A DNA stretch of 64,000 nt. It comes from Candidatus Moraniibacteriota bacterium. GTDB taxonomy: Bacteria > Patescibacteriota > Minisyncoccia > Moranbacterales > UBA1568. Position numbers and translations under genes: made by a program. The stretch covers positions 711,828-775,827 of the forward strand of contig CP064994.1 in assembly GCA_016699975.1 (NCBI GenBank), given 5' to 3'. Shown here piece after piece: positions 19,391-30,885 of the stretch (its first letter is position 1; each line of letters opens with the position of its first letter). The notes under the pieces were generated by a model. It was given only the letters and a program-made list of their open reading frames with translations, searched no databases and was not told the DNA's origin.

Positions 19391-20071
19391 CTATACGACG
19401 TACTTCCCTTCTCGCTCATCGCGAACCACCGTTCCATTTCCAATGGTCACTACTCGTCGCTTCAGTCCGTCAACAATCGATTTGTTGTGAGTCGCAACCA
19501 GCACCGTCGTCCCCATATTGTTTATTTCCGTAAGAAGACGGAAGATTTCTTGCGCCGAAAGAGGGTCGAGATTGCCCGCAGGCTCATCGGCAATAAGAAC
19601 AGAAGGACGGTGAATAAGCGCGCGCGCCAGTGAAACACGCTGTTGTTCGCCTCCGGAAAGCTGACGAGGATAGGTATTGGATTTTTCGGCAAGTCCGACG
19701 ATATCGAGAATCTGCGGCACCTCCTCATGAATTTCGGCCGTTGTTTTTCCGGCAATCTCAAGTGCGTAGGCGATATTCTCGAAAACAGTTCGCTGCGACA
19801 AGAGTTTGAAATCCTGAAAAACAGTTCCAAAATTTCGACGGTAGTACGGCAAGAGACGACGCTTGATGCTACTTATAGCTCGGTCACCAAAAAACACTTC
19901 TCCCGAGGTGGGAACCTCCTCCGCATAAATAAGCTTAAGAAGCGTGGACTTTCCGGCACCCGACGGACCAACAAACGACACAAATTCTCCCGGCTCGATA
20001 CGAAGATTCACATCTCGGAGCACCGAAATGTTTCCGGGATAAACCTTGGTCACGTTTTCAAAACGAATCAT
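19391..20071 (-). CDS. ftsE: cell division ATP-binding protein FtsE
   Basis: 226 aa. Walker A GPSGAGKST, signature LSGGEQQRVSLARAL and Walker B VLIADEPAGNLD. Confidence 0.9.
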   Translation of the reverse strand: MIRFENVTKVYPGNISVLRDVNLRIEPGEFVSFVGPSGAGKSTLLKLIYAEEVPTSGEVFFGDRAISSIKRRLLPYYRRNFGTVFQDFKLLSQRTVFENIAYALEIAGKTTAEIHEEVPQILDIVGLAEKSNTYPRQLSGGEQQRVSLARALIHRPSVLIADEPAGNLDPLSAQEIFRLLTEINNMGTTVLVATHNKSIVDGLKRRVVTIGNGTVVRDEREGKYVV

Positions 20072-20324
20072 AAGAGCAGAGCGTTTGAGATCAAACTATC
20101 ATCTCATCTCTCTTTCCGAGAGAAAACTCGGATTATTGTCACTCCCACCGAAGACACCCAAGAATCGCACTTTCCCATTTCAGTGTTTCAGCATTTCACT
20201 TGTAAGTGTTGCGGATTCTCTCCGAAACCTTTTTCTCTGATTTGGCTTCTTACTTCACATTCGGAAATCTTGGGAATTTTCCGCTTCGAAGAATGAAGGA
20301 GGTCCTTTCCCAACATTTCCAAAA

Positions 20325-21432
20325 TTATGTTGCCGAAACCATGAATTTCGAGTGATCCTTCTTCAGAAAACTTTCCATGAATTCGTCCAGTTTTCCATCA
20401 AGAACATCGGAGGCCTGCGGTGTTTCGTATTTGGTGCGATGATCTTTCACGAGCGTATATGGATGGAGCACATACGAACGAATTTGACTTCCGAACGCCG
20501 CACTCTTCTCGACCCCGCGTAATGAACGCTGCTCCGCCTCTTGTGCCTCCAATCTTTGCTGCTCGAGTTTGGCGCGCAGCATTGAAAGGGCGGTTTCTTT
20601 GTTCTGAAGTTGGGACCGCTCCGTTTGGCAACTCACGACGATACCGCTCGGAATATGTCGAATGCGCACTGCTGTTTCTGTCTTATTCACATTTTGTCCG
20701 CCCGCTCCCGACGAACGATAGGTATCCACTTCGATATCTTCGGACCGAATTTCCACGCCTTCCTTCGCAGAAAGTACCGGGAGCACTTCGACCGACGCGA
20801 ATGAAGTTTGTCGAAGGTGATCAGCATTAAAGGGTGAGAGTCGAACCAAACGATGCGTCCCCATCTCTCCAAAGAGATATCCGTACGCGTACTCGCCCGT
20901 TATTTCGATCGTTGCGCTTTTGATACCCGATTCGTTGCCGCGCAATTCTTCAAGGAGTCGCGACGAAAACTTCCGACGCTCTGCCCATCGCACATACATT
21001 CGCACGAGCATCTCCGCCCAATCCTGAGCATCGACACCACCAGCTCCACTCTTTACCGAAAGAAGAGCACTATGACGATCATACGGCCCATCGAAGTTCG
21101 TCCGAAATTCCAACGCCTCGATCTCCGAAGCAATATCCGCAAACTCCCGTTCAAGTTCGACAGCCTCTTCTTTTTCCACTTCAAGACTCGAGAGCTCTCG
21201 AATATCAGAAAGCTCCTTTTCCAACCGGTCGAAGAGCGCAACTTCAGACTGGAGAGACTCTCGCTCCTTGAGAATATGCGACGCCTCTGTGCTCTTACTC
21301 CAAAATTCCTCTTGTTGCGATTCGCGATCAAGTTCTGTGACGCGCGATCTTTTGTGTGCGACGTCAAAGAGAGTCCCGCAAGTGCAGGAGTTTTCGAGTC
21401 ATCATTTCGGCTCGCGTCCGAATATCATCCAT
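20325..21432 (-). CDS. prfB: peptide chain release factor 2 with programmed +1 frameshift
   Basis: A 22-codon ORF0 ([22 protein letters not shown]) ends at CTT TGA C. The +1 frame continues [23 protein letters not shown]... into the 299-aa ORF, which carries SPF and [23 protein letters not shown]. Confidence 0.9.
21363..21369 (-). other. prfB +1 programmed ribosomal frameshift site (CTT TGA C)
   Basis: Canonical RF2 autoregulatory slippery site with an upstream G-rich (GCGGGA) SD-like element. Confidence 0.85.
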
Positions 21433-21514
21433 AGCAAAATGATATCATATTTTTCTCCTCAATTCCAATCGAGAGAAAAGAAGAAAAAAATTCTCCCAGA
21501 AAGGAGAATGTGTG

Positions 21515-21587
21515 AGCCACCTTGCGGGATCGAACCGCAGACCTGCGCGTTACGAGTGCGCCGCTCTACCAACTGAGCTAAGGTGGC
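21515..21587 (-). tRNA. tRNA-Thr (anticodon CGU)
   Basis: GCCACCTTAGCTCAGTTGGTAGAGCGGCGCACTCGTAACGCGCAGGTCTGCGGTTCGATCCCGCAAGGTGGCT. The cloverleaf has anticodon loop CTCGTAA and T-loop TTCGATC. Confidence 0.9.
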
Positions 21588-21794
21588 CGTCAAGACGAAA
21601 GATACAAAAAAGTGTACGGGAAGTGCTCCCAAAAATCAAGAGCGCATTTTTATGATGAAACCATCTTTCGAAAAAGGGTTTCATGCTTCTCTGATTCTTC
21701 CCCCCTCTCTATTCTTTCAGAAAAAAGACGAGTCGCCTATTTATTGAAATAGACGACTCCGCTCTCCTGTTCCTGTAAATTTTATTTTACTTCA

Positions 21795-22442
21795 TTACCA
21801 CTTTACCTCGTTTGAAAAAGGGCCTGCTAAGCCTAACTCAGCAATATATGCCTTGACCGCAAAGAAGTAGAACACGCCCCAAGGAACAGAGACGCTTGTT
21901 GTTGTCATACTCCCAACGTCTTGGAAGTTACTATACACTCCCGACGCAGTTCCCCAAAAGATCTGGTACTGAAGCTGATAAGGAAGAGTAGTGTGAGCCG
22001 GATCCCATATAAACACTATAGTCTTCATCGGGCTTATCGACACTTTTGCCACATTCGACAAGACGGATGACGCACCTGCGACATCCTGCGTTTTGAGGGC
22101 GCATTGGTAACTCATTCCCGGAGAAACATCAGTCCAGACAAAACTTTGTCGAGTACCGGGAACGCCTGGCTGAGGGACATTCGAGAGTACTTGCAAAGCA
22201 CTCGAGTCCCAGCTGCGAGTACTGATAACAACTGTGGGAGAGCACTTTATAATGTACTCCCTGAGGGCAATGGTGGACGCTGGCACGATCCATGTGAGAC
22301 GGATTTCCGGGTTCTCACTTCCGCTTGTTATGGTGAGCATGAGATCTGTCACCCCCGCAGGAGCAGCATATGCCTCATATGCTTCAAGAGAAGCGAGAGT
22401 TGCCAAACAGAAAAAAATAGTAAAGAACTTGTTGCCTTTCAC
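21795..22442 (-). CDS. secreted protein with two fibronectin type III-like domains
   Basis: 215 aa. Signal peptide MKGNKFFTIFFCLATLASLEAYEAYA. FN3-like strand patterns (IRLTWIVP...Y.IKC, YQCALKTQDVAG). Confidence 0.55.
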   Translation of the reverse strand: MKGNKFFTIFFCLATLASLEAYEAYAAPAGVTDLMLTITSGSENPEIRLTWIVPASTIALREYIIKCSPTVVISTRSWDSSALQVLSNVPQPGVPGTRQSFVWTDVSPGMSYQCALKTQDVAGASSVLSNVAKVSISPMKTIVFIWDPAHTTLPYQLQYQIFWGTASGVYSNFQDVGSMTTTSVSVPWGVFYFFAVKAYIAELGLAGPFSNEVKW

Positions 22443-22524
22443 TTTTTACCCTCCTCAGAAATGTCAAAAAACAACAAAGAGCCCTCTGGCTCTTTGAGAC
22501 TTTAGCACAGGATTTTTTCTTTGA

Positions 22525-22974
22525 AAACCCCCTACCTCCCCGCTCCCTGCACCTGCCACAAGAAGGAGGAACAGGAAGTATCCCGACACCCACACTTCCA
22601 GGCACCGTTTTGTACAGAGCAGGTCATCCCGACAAAGGTAACGGGTGTCTGTGCACTCGTTGTATCAATATTCGCATGAGTCACTGTTGCTGTGACAGGT
22701 CCCTGGCACCAGTTTCCATTCTGTGTCCCACTACAAGCCCCGGTGTACTCAACCCAGCTACTGGTTCCAGGATTGTACCAATACCCCTTTGTGTACGAGA
22801 CTCGTGTTTGATTTCAGGAATCCCTATCGTTGCCTTCAGGGGTATGGATGTCACTTGCAGTACACTCTGCGGCAACAAGAGGCGTATTTGAAAGAAAGAG
22901 GTCAAAGGGACTGCCATAGCCTCCGGGGAGAGAAGAAGAAGGAGTGAGGGTAGAGCAGGGGGAGAAGGTGGGGG
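22525..22974. repeat. inverted repeat copy A (450 bp)
   Basis: The reverse complement matches 41460-41909 with 5 substitutions and 2 single-base indels, from a manual base-by-base alignment. Confidence 0.9.
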
Positions 22975-24637
22975 AATTCGAAAGCGTCGTTGCAGAGACG
23001 ATGTTACTCCAGATGGAATTGTTTCCGGAATCGTCGATTGCTTGCACACGATAGAAGTATTGCGTTGATGGAGAAAGGAGTGTATCAGAAAAAGATGTTT
23101 CGGTAGTAAATTGAACCGTTGACGGTGAAGTGCACGATACATCCAAACAGCGATCTACTTGATAGGTAGCAATACCAATATTGTCGGTCGATGCGACCCA
23201 CGAGAGATCTATTCGGGAATCGGAAACCGCAAGAGCAGACAATGTTCCTGGAGAAGTTGGAAGTTCATTCTCTATGAGGAATGTTTTCCCTTCCCACGGA
23301 TCCGAAACAACAACATTCCCGGCGGGATCCTGTGCCGAAGAAAAAGAAACAGACACCACCCCTTCTTGTGAACCTGCCGTATAGACATACGAATAATGAC
23401 TTTCATCGACCTTGGTCATATCCGCCTCGACCAGCGTTGCCGCACCCGAAAAAGAAATTTTTGGTGTTGGTATATCGCTCACTGGTTCCCCAAAAGAGGC
23501 AACAAGAGTTATCGAGCCTCCTGATTTAATGGAGGCCTTCTGTGGCGAATACGCAACACCGGCGCGTGGGGAATCGATATCGATAAATGGATCCGAGAGT
23601 ATCAGCCGATAGACCCCCGTTTGACTGAAAGCATAGACCACATTCGAAGTTCCGGGATTCGTTACGACACTCTCGAGAGTAACGTCCGAAAGATTCTTGT
23701 TGAGAGGAAACCACGCATTACTTGCCTCATCTTTCATTCGATAGATCCCCTTCCCAGATACTGCCGCGTACGCAATATTCGCTTCAGAGTAGTCACTTGC
23801 TACTGATCGGACGGGAAGTGCTCCAAATCCTCTATTGTGCTCGCTCCATACCTGTCCCAGTTCGTTACTTTTTTGTACCCCGGTCATCGTGGAAAGCCAC
23901 ATATTTGCACCACGCGCATGAAGAAGAGAAATATCATTCAGCGACAAAGGAGACGGGAGAGAAACCAAGGACCAGGATTCATCGGTTCCCGAAACAGAAA
24001 AAAGCGGGCTTGAAAACAACTTGTTCGACGCCGTCACAGCGTAGAGCTTTCCATTGACAAAGTCACTACTCAGTTTCAGCACGGACTCTCCTTCCATGCC
24101 AGCATTCTTGAGAGACCAACTGTCTCCACCATTATCGCTTCGAAACACTCCGGCTCCCGTAGCGACATAGAGCTGAACAAAACTCGATTGATCCAGCTCT
24201 ATATCTTTTATGGAGGTGTCGGTGAGCCCAACGTTCGAAATCGTCCATGAATTCCCGCCGAGTGTTCCGCGAAAGAAACCGTTTTGCGTTCCGATAAAAA
24301 CCGGGGAGGCCGCATTTGCTTCATAGAGAAACGAGGAAGTGTTGTAGGTCCAACCAATAGCGAGTGCGGTTATGTTCAGGTTCGTGAGACCCGTATTGAC
24401 GGGGAGAAATACGCTTCCGCGATCCGCACTTCGGTACAATCCCTGGTTCGTTCCCACATAGACGAAATCGTTCATCGAAATGACCGATTGAAATACGTAC
24501 CCGGAAGTGCCCGAGGGTGTAATGGTTTCCCAAGCATCACTCGCATGAACGGAAGCGGTGTGAAAGAAAGAAAAATAGAAAAGGAGTGCAAAAAAAATTC
24601 CGCTAACACGAGCTGCTCGTCGCGAGAGAGTACTCAT
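22532..24637 (-). CDS. secreted BNR/Asp-box beta-propeller + FN3 protein with Cys-rich C-terminal domain (two compensating indels and a resulting in-frame TGA at 22814)
   Basis: Signal peptide MSTLSRRAARVSGIFFALLFYFSFFHTASVHA. Repeated S.D.G..W motifs (SADRGSVF, SDNGGDSWS). An FN3 segment (IDLSWVASTDNIGIATYQVDR...YFYRVQAIDDSGN). The tracked ORF stops at 22814, but the same frame continues for 93 codons to a TAG at 22532-22534. That stretch encodes the domain conserved in the 40358-41902 protein. Confidence 0.65.
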
Positions 24638-24942
24638 ATTTGTTTGAAAGAAATTTACGAGGCGCTTTTCTTTTTTTTGATTCTCTGTCGAGAGAGCCGG
24701 GATTTGAATGACTCGAAAGTAAGGAATACGAACGACAGAAGCTTTGTTTTTCCTCCACACACCAAGTTCCCAAATAAAGAAGGAAGAAAATTTCGGAAAC
24801 TCTTTTCAGAACTCGGCAGCAGTTTCCTTACTATCTCCCGAGAATTCGGCACTGTTTTGTAAAGGAGAGAGTACAAAGATCATTGTAGAGAATTCTCTTC
24901 GAAACATCAAATAAAAAGTCATTCAATAAATTAAAATTACTT

Positions 24943-27579
24943 CTATTTTCCATGACATCGTTTATATTTTTTCCCACTCCCACAAGGACACGGGTCATTG
25001 CGCCCCACTTTGGAGGTCGAAGCAATTGGTTTTTGGAGACGCTTCGAATTTTCGGAATCACTATCGGAAAACGAGACTGTTTCTTCGGCCCCTCGATACT
25101 CAGCATTTTCGGGAAGCGGCACTTCCGAAGCGGCCGGCAAGGCCTTCACTCGAAACACGGTCGAGAGGTACGTCGTCCGAATACTTTCGAGAAGAACGAC
25201 AAACATAGTAAAGGCTTCCCGTTTGTATTCGACGAGCGGATCGCGCTGTCCGTATCCGCGCAGCCCTATTCCCTGGCGAAGATATTCGATTTCATCGAGA
25301 TGATTCATCCACAGAGCATCGAGCGTCCGAAGAAAGAGTGCTCGCTGAATCGCTTCCCACGCTTCTTTGCCAATCTCTGCCTCCTTTTTTCCATATTCTA
25401 CTTTTCCCTCTCCTGATAGAAATTCGAGCGCCGAACTGACTTTCATGGGCTGATCTTTCGATATGTCTTGAATCGTTTTATGAAGGAGAGCGAGCGATTT
25501 TTCACGATGAAGCGGAAAGAGCGATTCTGTCTCCCGCACAATACCGTCCGCATTCCATTCTCCTGACTCCGAAACCGCATGCCCCGAAAGAATTTTCTCA
25601 AGCTCCTCACTCAAGAGGCGCATCGTTTCACTTCTCATGTCGCGCGTTTTGAGTACGCTTCGGCGACGCCTATAGATCACCTCGCGCTGTTTGTTCATGA
25701 CATCGTCGTAGTCGAGAACGTGCTTTCGAATATCAAAATTGAATCCTTCGATCTTGTTTTGCGCACTCTCGATCGTACGAGAAATGAGTCGATTCTCGAT
25801 AGGTTCATCTTCCGGCAGACGCAGCGTCGTCATCATGCTCTTCAAACGATCCCCGCCGAACCGTCGCATGAGCTCATCTTCGAGCGACACAAAAAATTGT
25901 GAATTCCCCGGATCTCCTTGGCGACCCGCCCGTCCGCGAAGCTGATTGTCGATGCGTCTCGCTTCATGCCGTTCGGTCCCAAGAATGAAGAGTCCGCCAC
26001 GCTCGCGAACGCCTTCACCGAGCTTGATATCGGTCCCGCGACCCGCCATGTTGGTCGCAATGGTCACCGCACCCTTTTCCCCCGCTCGCGCCACAATCGC
26101 CGCTTCACGCTCGTGATTTTTGGCGTTCAACACTTCGTGAGGAACTCCGAGCTTCCCGAGAAGCCCACTCACATATTCGGACTTTTCGATCGCGATCGTT
26201 CCAACCAAAACGGGTTGGCCCGTTTCATGAAGGCCACGGATACGATTTACGATGGCACGAAATTTTTCTTCTTCGGTTTTGTAAATGACATCCGGAAGAT
26301 CCTTCCGGATCATCGAACGATTGGTAGGGATTTCAATTGAATCAAGCTCGTACACCTTCCGAAATTCTTCCGCCGAAGTCATCGCGGTTCCCGTCATGCC
26401 GGAAAGTTTTTCGTAGAGACGAAAGTAATTTTGAAAGGTGATCGTGGCGAGCGTTCGCGATTCTTTTTGCACCGCGACGTTTTCTTTGGCTTCGATCGCC
26501 TGGTGCAGTCCGTCACTGTAACGCCGCCCCACCATGAGGCGCCCGGTAAAGTCATCTACGATAATGACTTCGCCGTCTTTCACGACATAATCGCGATCGC
26601 GCTGAAAAATCACTTCCGCCTTGAGCGATTGTTCGAGGTGATGCACATACTGGACCCGCCCCGATTCGTAAATATTCCCAATGCCGAGCGCCGATTCGAC
26701 CTTGGCAATTCCCGCTTCCGAAAGAGAAACCGATTTCATTTTTTCGTCGACCGTGTAGTCATCCCCGCGCTTCAGCCCCGGCACGATACGCGCAAACTGT
26801 CGGTAGAGTTTCGTCGACTCCGCGTCGGGCGCCGAGATAATGAGCGGGGTCCGCGCCTCATCGATCAAGATCGAGTCGACTTCATCGACAATCGCGAAAA
26901 AAAGATCGCGTTGCACCATTTCTTCTTCACTGCGCACCATGTTGTCACGAAGATAATCGAATCCGAACTCGTTATTTGTCCCGTACGTAATGTCCGCCGC
27001 ATAGGCCTCCCGTCGAGAAACAGGGATCAGATTCTGAGGTTCCACACTTACTTCGTTGTGGTCGATGACGGTTGGTTCGTAGCGATACGAAATACCCTGC
27101 TGCAAGATGCACGCCGTCGAAAGTCCGAGCGCGCTATAGACCGAACCCATCCAGTTGGCATCGCGTTTCGCAAGGTAGTCGTTTACAGTAACAACATGAA
27201 CTCCTTTCCCCGCAAGCGCATTCAGGTAAATCGCCAAGGTCGACGTGAGCGTCTTTCCCTCGCCCGTTTTCATTTCGGCGATTTTCCCTTGGTGAAGTGC
27301 GATACCGCCCATCAACTGAACATCATAATGCCGCTCTCCAATCACCCGTTTCGCCGCTTCGCGAACGACAGCAAACGCTTCAGGAAGAAGCATCTCCAGG
27401 GTCGCGCCTTTTGAAATTCTTTCTCGAAATTCTTCAGTTTTTGCGCGCAGCGCTTCATCCGAGAGTGCGCTGATTTTCCCGTCGAGACGATTTATTTTTT
27501 CCACTACTGGACGAAATTTTGCAATCACGCGATCGTTGGAACCGAAGAGTCGGCTAAAGAAGCTCATAAAATACACCAT
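24943..27579 (-). CDS. secA: preprotein translocase ATPase SecA
   Basis: 878 aa. MKTGEGKTL Walker [19 protein letters not shown] and a C-terminal zinc finger [14 protein letters not shown]. Confidence 0.95.
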   Translation of the reverse strand: MVYFMSFFSRLFGSNDRVIAKFRPVVEKINRLDGKISALSDEALRAKTEEFRERISKGATLEMLLPEAFAVVREAAKRVIGERHYDVQLMGGIALHQGKIAEMKTGEGKTLTSTLAIYLNALAGKGVHVVTVNDYLAKRDANWMGSVYSALGLSTACILQQGISYRYEPTVIDHNEVSVEPQNLIPVSRREAYAADITYGTNNEFGFDYLRDNMVRSEEEMVQRDLFFAIVDEVDSILIDEARTPLIISAPDAESTKLYRQFARIVPGLKRGDDYTVDEKMKSVSLSEAGIAKVESALGIGNIYESGRVQYVHHLEQSLKAEVIFQRDRDYVVKDGEVIIVDDFTGRLMVGRRYSDGLHQAIEAKENVAVQKESRTLATITFQNYFRLYEKLSGMTGTAMTSAEEFRKVYELDSIEIPTNRSMIRKDLPDVIYKTEEEKFRAIVNRIRGLHETGQPVLVGTIAIEKSEYVSGLLGKLGVPHEVLNAKNHEREAAIVARAGEKGAVTIATNMAGRGTDIKLGEGVRERGGLFILGTERHEARRIDNQLRGRAGRQGDPGNSQFFVSLEDELMRRFGGDRLKSMMTTLRLPEDEPIENRLISRTIESAQNKIEGFNFDIRKHVLDYDDVMNKQREVIYRRRRSVLKTRDMRSETMRLLSEELEKILSGHAVSESGEWNADGIVRETESLFPLHREKSLALLHKTIQDISKDQPMKVSSALEFLSGEGKVEYGKKEAEIGKEAWEAIQRALFLRTLDALWMNHLDEIEYLRQGIGLRGYGQRDPLVEYKREAFTMFVVLLESIRTTYLSTVFRVKALPAASEVPLPENAEYRGAEETVSFSDSDSENSKRLQKPIASTSKVGRNDPCPCGSGKKYKRCHGK

Positions 27580-27772
27580 TCAAAATCAAAACGCATTCAA
27601 ATACCATTCAAATACTTGGGAACTGCTGCAAAAAGACTGGGAAGCAAAATGGCGTCGGTTTTCCAGGCCCTCCCCTCTCACAAACGCCGAAACTCTTCCT
27701 CAGTGTACGGAGAAACTGAGATGAAGTCAAAGCACGATTTTCGAAGTCGAACATGGAAAACGCAACAAAAAT

Positions 27773-28126
27773 TCAGAGTCGCGCTTCTCCGGCTATGGTC
27801 AATCGCTTTTTGATACTCCTGCCGCCACGGCGGAGTAAGTCGTTTCGTTTCTCTTTGTGTTCGACAATTTGCCGCTCAATATCGTCGATTGCCGCATCAA
27901 TGGAACCCTCAACACTCTCGGTCATTTCTTCGGATCGGAAGAGAAGCTTTCGCGGCAACACAACCATCACCTCCACACGAAATTGATTCTTTTTGTTTCG
28001 GTCGACTTCGACTTCGATCGAGTCGGCAGGGGTCAGAAGCTTCTTAATGCGAAGAAGACGCTTCGACACATACGCCATTTGCTTTCCGTCGAGTTCGACT
28101 CCCTGAAAGAGAAATCGCGTTTTCAT
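27773..28126 (-). CDS. hpf: ribosome hibernation promoting factor (short HPF/RaiA family)
   Basis: 117 aa. The pattern ...YVSKRLLRIKKLL...VEVDRNKKNQFRVEVMV...SEEMTESVEGSIDAAIDDIERQI is typical of S30AE/HPF. Confidence 0.8.
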   Translation of the reverse strand: MKTRFLFQGVELDGKQMAYVSKRLLRIKKLLTPADSIEVEVDRNKKNQFRVEVMVVLPRKLLFRSEEMTESVEGSIDAAIDDIERQIVEHKEKRNDLLRRGGRSIKKRLTIAGEARL

Positions 28127-28404
28127 ATCGTTGCAGAAAAAAATTATATGTCTGGTATAGAAAACACGGCTCCAATGCTTTCAAAATTATTGACTCACAT
28201 TCGCAGAAGTTCGTTTCAAAAATGCTCCACCCTCTTCCCTTTCAAATATCATGTGAGGAAACCCCCCACAAAGAGGAGGAGCATGAAAGTGAGTTTGAAG
28301 GAAACACTTTCGATTGCCAAAAGAGGAGACACGGTACTCTGGTGCAAATCTTTTGAAGTATATTCTTCTCTTCTCAACAAGTGATCTGCTTTTTTTCAAA
28401 ACTT

Positions 28405-29340
28405 TCAAAAGCCGACCATCTGCACTTCTTCCCGAAGAATAATACCGAGCTCCGAACGAACTTTTTGCTTCACAACACTCGCGAGAATGAGAATATTTTC
28501 CGCCGTAGCAGTTCCGACATTGAGCAGATAATTTGGATGAATATCACTCACGCGCGCACCACCGATTTGTTTGCCGCGGAGTCCCACATAGTCGATAAGC
28601 CAGCCGGCAGGAAGCTTTTCATCCTTCACGACCATACCCGTCTCTTTTTCAAATTCCTCACGAAGCCTTGCATCCTTGACGGGCGGATTCATGAAAAATG
28701 ATCCAGCACACAAAAGACGCTGTGGATGTTTTTGTTCGCGCGTTGCAATTGTCTCGCGCATAATTCTTTCGAGAACGGCAGGATCCGCACCCGGCTGCAA
28801 AAGAAAATGTGCCGACACAACGACATATTCGGGATGCTGCTTAAAAAGACTCGAGCGATAGCGAAATTCGCAGGCAGCGCGTTCGCGATGTTCGAAGGTA
28901 AGCGTGCGCCGATCGAGTATCCGAACCGACGCGACTGCCTGTGCAGTTTCCGCGCCAAAGGCACCTGCATTTCCCCGGACCGCTCCTCCCACTGTACCGG
29001 GAATACCAGCAAGTCGTTCGAGACCAGAAAGACCGTGCTCTTTCGCGTACTCAAGAAGCGCATGGAGTGACGCACTCGCGCCAACACTGAGCTGTCCCGG
29101 CGCCACTTCGCGCATGTCGACACACTCCATTTTTATTACCAACCCTTCCCAACCGCGATCCGAAAAGAGCACATTGCTTCCTCCTCCCAAGACAAAGACC
29201 GGCTCATTGTTTTGGTTTGCCCACTTAAATCCGTCCAGCAAATCTTGTTCCGAAGTCGCACGGAAAAAAAAGCGCGTCTTTCCTCCCACCCGAAATGTGG
29301 TGAACGAATGGAGATCAACATTTTCTTCAACATGGATCAT
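28405..29340 (-). CDS. murB: UDP-N-acetylenolpyruvoylglucosamine reductase
   Basis: FTTFRVGGKTRFF, VLGGGSNVLFSD and GIPGTVGGAVRGNAGAFG motifs. Start taken at MIHVEEN (ATG 29340). Confidence 0.9.
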   Translation of the reverse strand: MIHVEENVDLHSFTTFRVGGKTRFFFRATSEQDLLDGFKWANQNNEPVFVLGGGSNVLFSDRGWEGLVIKMECVDMREVAPGQLSVGASASLHALLEYAKEHGLSGLERLAGIPGTVGGAVRGNAGAFGAETAQAVASVRILDRRTLTFEHRERAACEFRYRSSLFKQHPEYVVVSAHFLLQPGADPAVLERIMRETIATREQKHPQRLLCAGSFFMNPPVKDARLREEFEKETGMVVKDEKLPAGWLIDYVGLRGKQIGGARVSDIHPNYLLNVGTATAENILILASVVKQKVRSELGIILREEVQMVGF

Positions 29341-29371
29341 AGTAGAGAAGGACAATACAATAAAAGAAGTA

Positions 29372-30791
29372 TCACAGCGATACCGAAACAAGTTCTTTCC
29401 CAATTTTCCACACATCGCCCGCTCCGAGCGTTACGAGAAGATCGTCTTTTCCCACCCTTGAGGAAAAATGAGCAATCACGTCTTCTTGTGTTGGAAGGTA
29501 CATCGCTTTATTTCGAGAATAGCGATTCATCAGCGTTACCATCTCGTGAGAAGAAACACCTCCCGCCGTTTCGCGGGCGCTTCCATAAATATCAAGGACG
29601 GCAACCTGGTCTGCGGCATCGAAGCTCTGGGCAAATTCAGGAAGAAGCGCTTTGGTACGAGAAAACGTATGTGGGTGGAATACCGCAATAATATTTTTTT
29701 CTGGGAAAAGTTCGCGGAATGCCGAAAGTGTTGATTTTATTTCTTCCGGATGATGCGCATAGTCATCATAGATGACTGCTCCGTTTCGCTCCCCAACATA
29801 TTCGAATCTTCGAGCGGTGCCGAAAAAGTTTTCCATGCCGACACGAATCGCATCGACATCAAATTTGAGGGCCCGAAGCAGCGTAACAACTGCACAAGCA
29901 TTGAGCGCATTATGCCGACCTGCGAGTCGCAGGCGAAATGTGCCCAAATCTTCTTCCCCTTCGAAGAGGCGGAACGATTGATGAAATGGTCCTTCGAGTA
30001 TTGGAGCATATTCGGAAATTCTTATATCGTTTCCGGGAAGAAAACCGTAGGAACGTTTTTCCGCTCGGGCGGACTTTGCGACGTCGAGCACTGCCGCACT
30101 GTCTCCCCAAAACACCAGAAAGCCGTGGGAGGGGATGCGCGAGACAAGTTTTCGAAACACTTCTGTATACGAGGCCATATCAGGAAAGAAGTCGGGGTGA
30201 TCCCAATCAAGACTCGTGAGAAGAACGCTCCAGGGAGTATAGTATTCGAATTTATTCTGATATTCATCGGCCTCCGCTACAAAATACAAACCCGCCCCCG
30301 GAAGCGCATTTCCGCCCCAGGAAGAAATTTTGCTCCCAACAAGCGCGAGCGGATCAACACCCAAAAATTTGAGTGTTTCCGAAAGAAGCGCGCTGGTCGT
30401 CGTCTTGCCGTGCGTCCCCCGTCACCAAAATTGAGAGTCGTTCTCGTGTGAGCGCCCCAACTGCTTCGGGATAGCTCATCACCCTCACCCCTTCTCGCGC
30501 GAAGGCACTCGCGAGTTCCGCATTTGTATCCGGTTTGTACGCGGTCGAACACACAATTGTATCGCTATCTTGAGGAATATTCCTCGGGTCGAATCCCTCA
30601 ATCGGCTTTATGCCACGCTTTGCAAGCACATCGTCGGTAAAAAATCGTTCACTCGTATCGGATCCGGTCACACGTATGCCTCGTGACGAGAGAATTTCGG
30701 CAAGAGCAGCCATACCGGCACCTTTGATGCCGATCATATGGACGCGCTTCACAGAAAGAAGAGAGGGTTCTGATTGAGTAAAAGCAATCAT
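29372..30791 (-). CDS. murC: UDP-N-acetylmuramate--L-alanine ligase, frame broken at a C5/G5 run
   Basis: The N-terminal fragment (VHMIGIKGAGMAALAEIL...LSILVTG) and C-terminal fragment (VDPLALVGSK...AEADEYQ...) join through 30426-30430. Removing one base gives VTGTHGKTTTSALLSETL, the Mur ligase P-loop. Confidence 0.85.
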
Positions 30792-30885
30792 AGATCCAGA
30801 AAAATGGAGAGCTTTACGAGGGGGAAAAAAGATCGACAAAGAAGAGGGAAAGAAAGAGGAGAGGATGCTCCGCAAAGAGATTTTT

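Noticed and set aside
19643-21434. Plus-strand ORFs of 217 aa (19643-20296) and 193 aa (20853-21434)
   Set aside because: They are antisense to ftsE and prfB respectively. Neither has a recognisable domain.
26431-27414. 327-aa plus-strand ORF
   Set aside because: Antisense to secA. No motifs and a biased composition.
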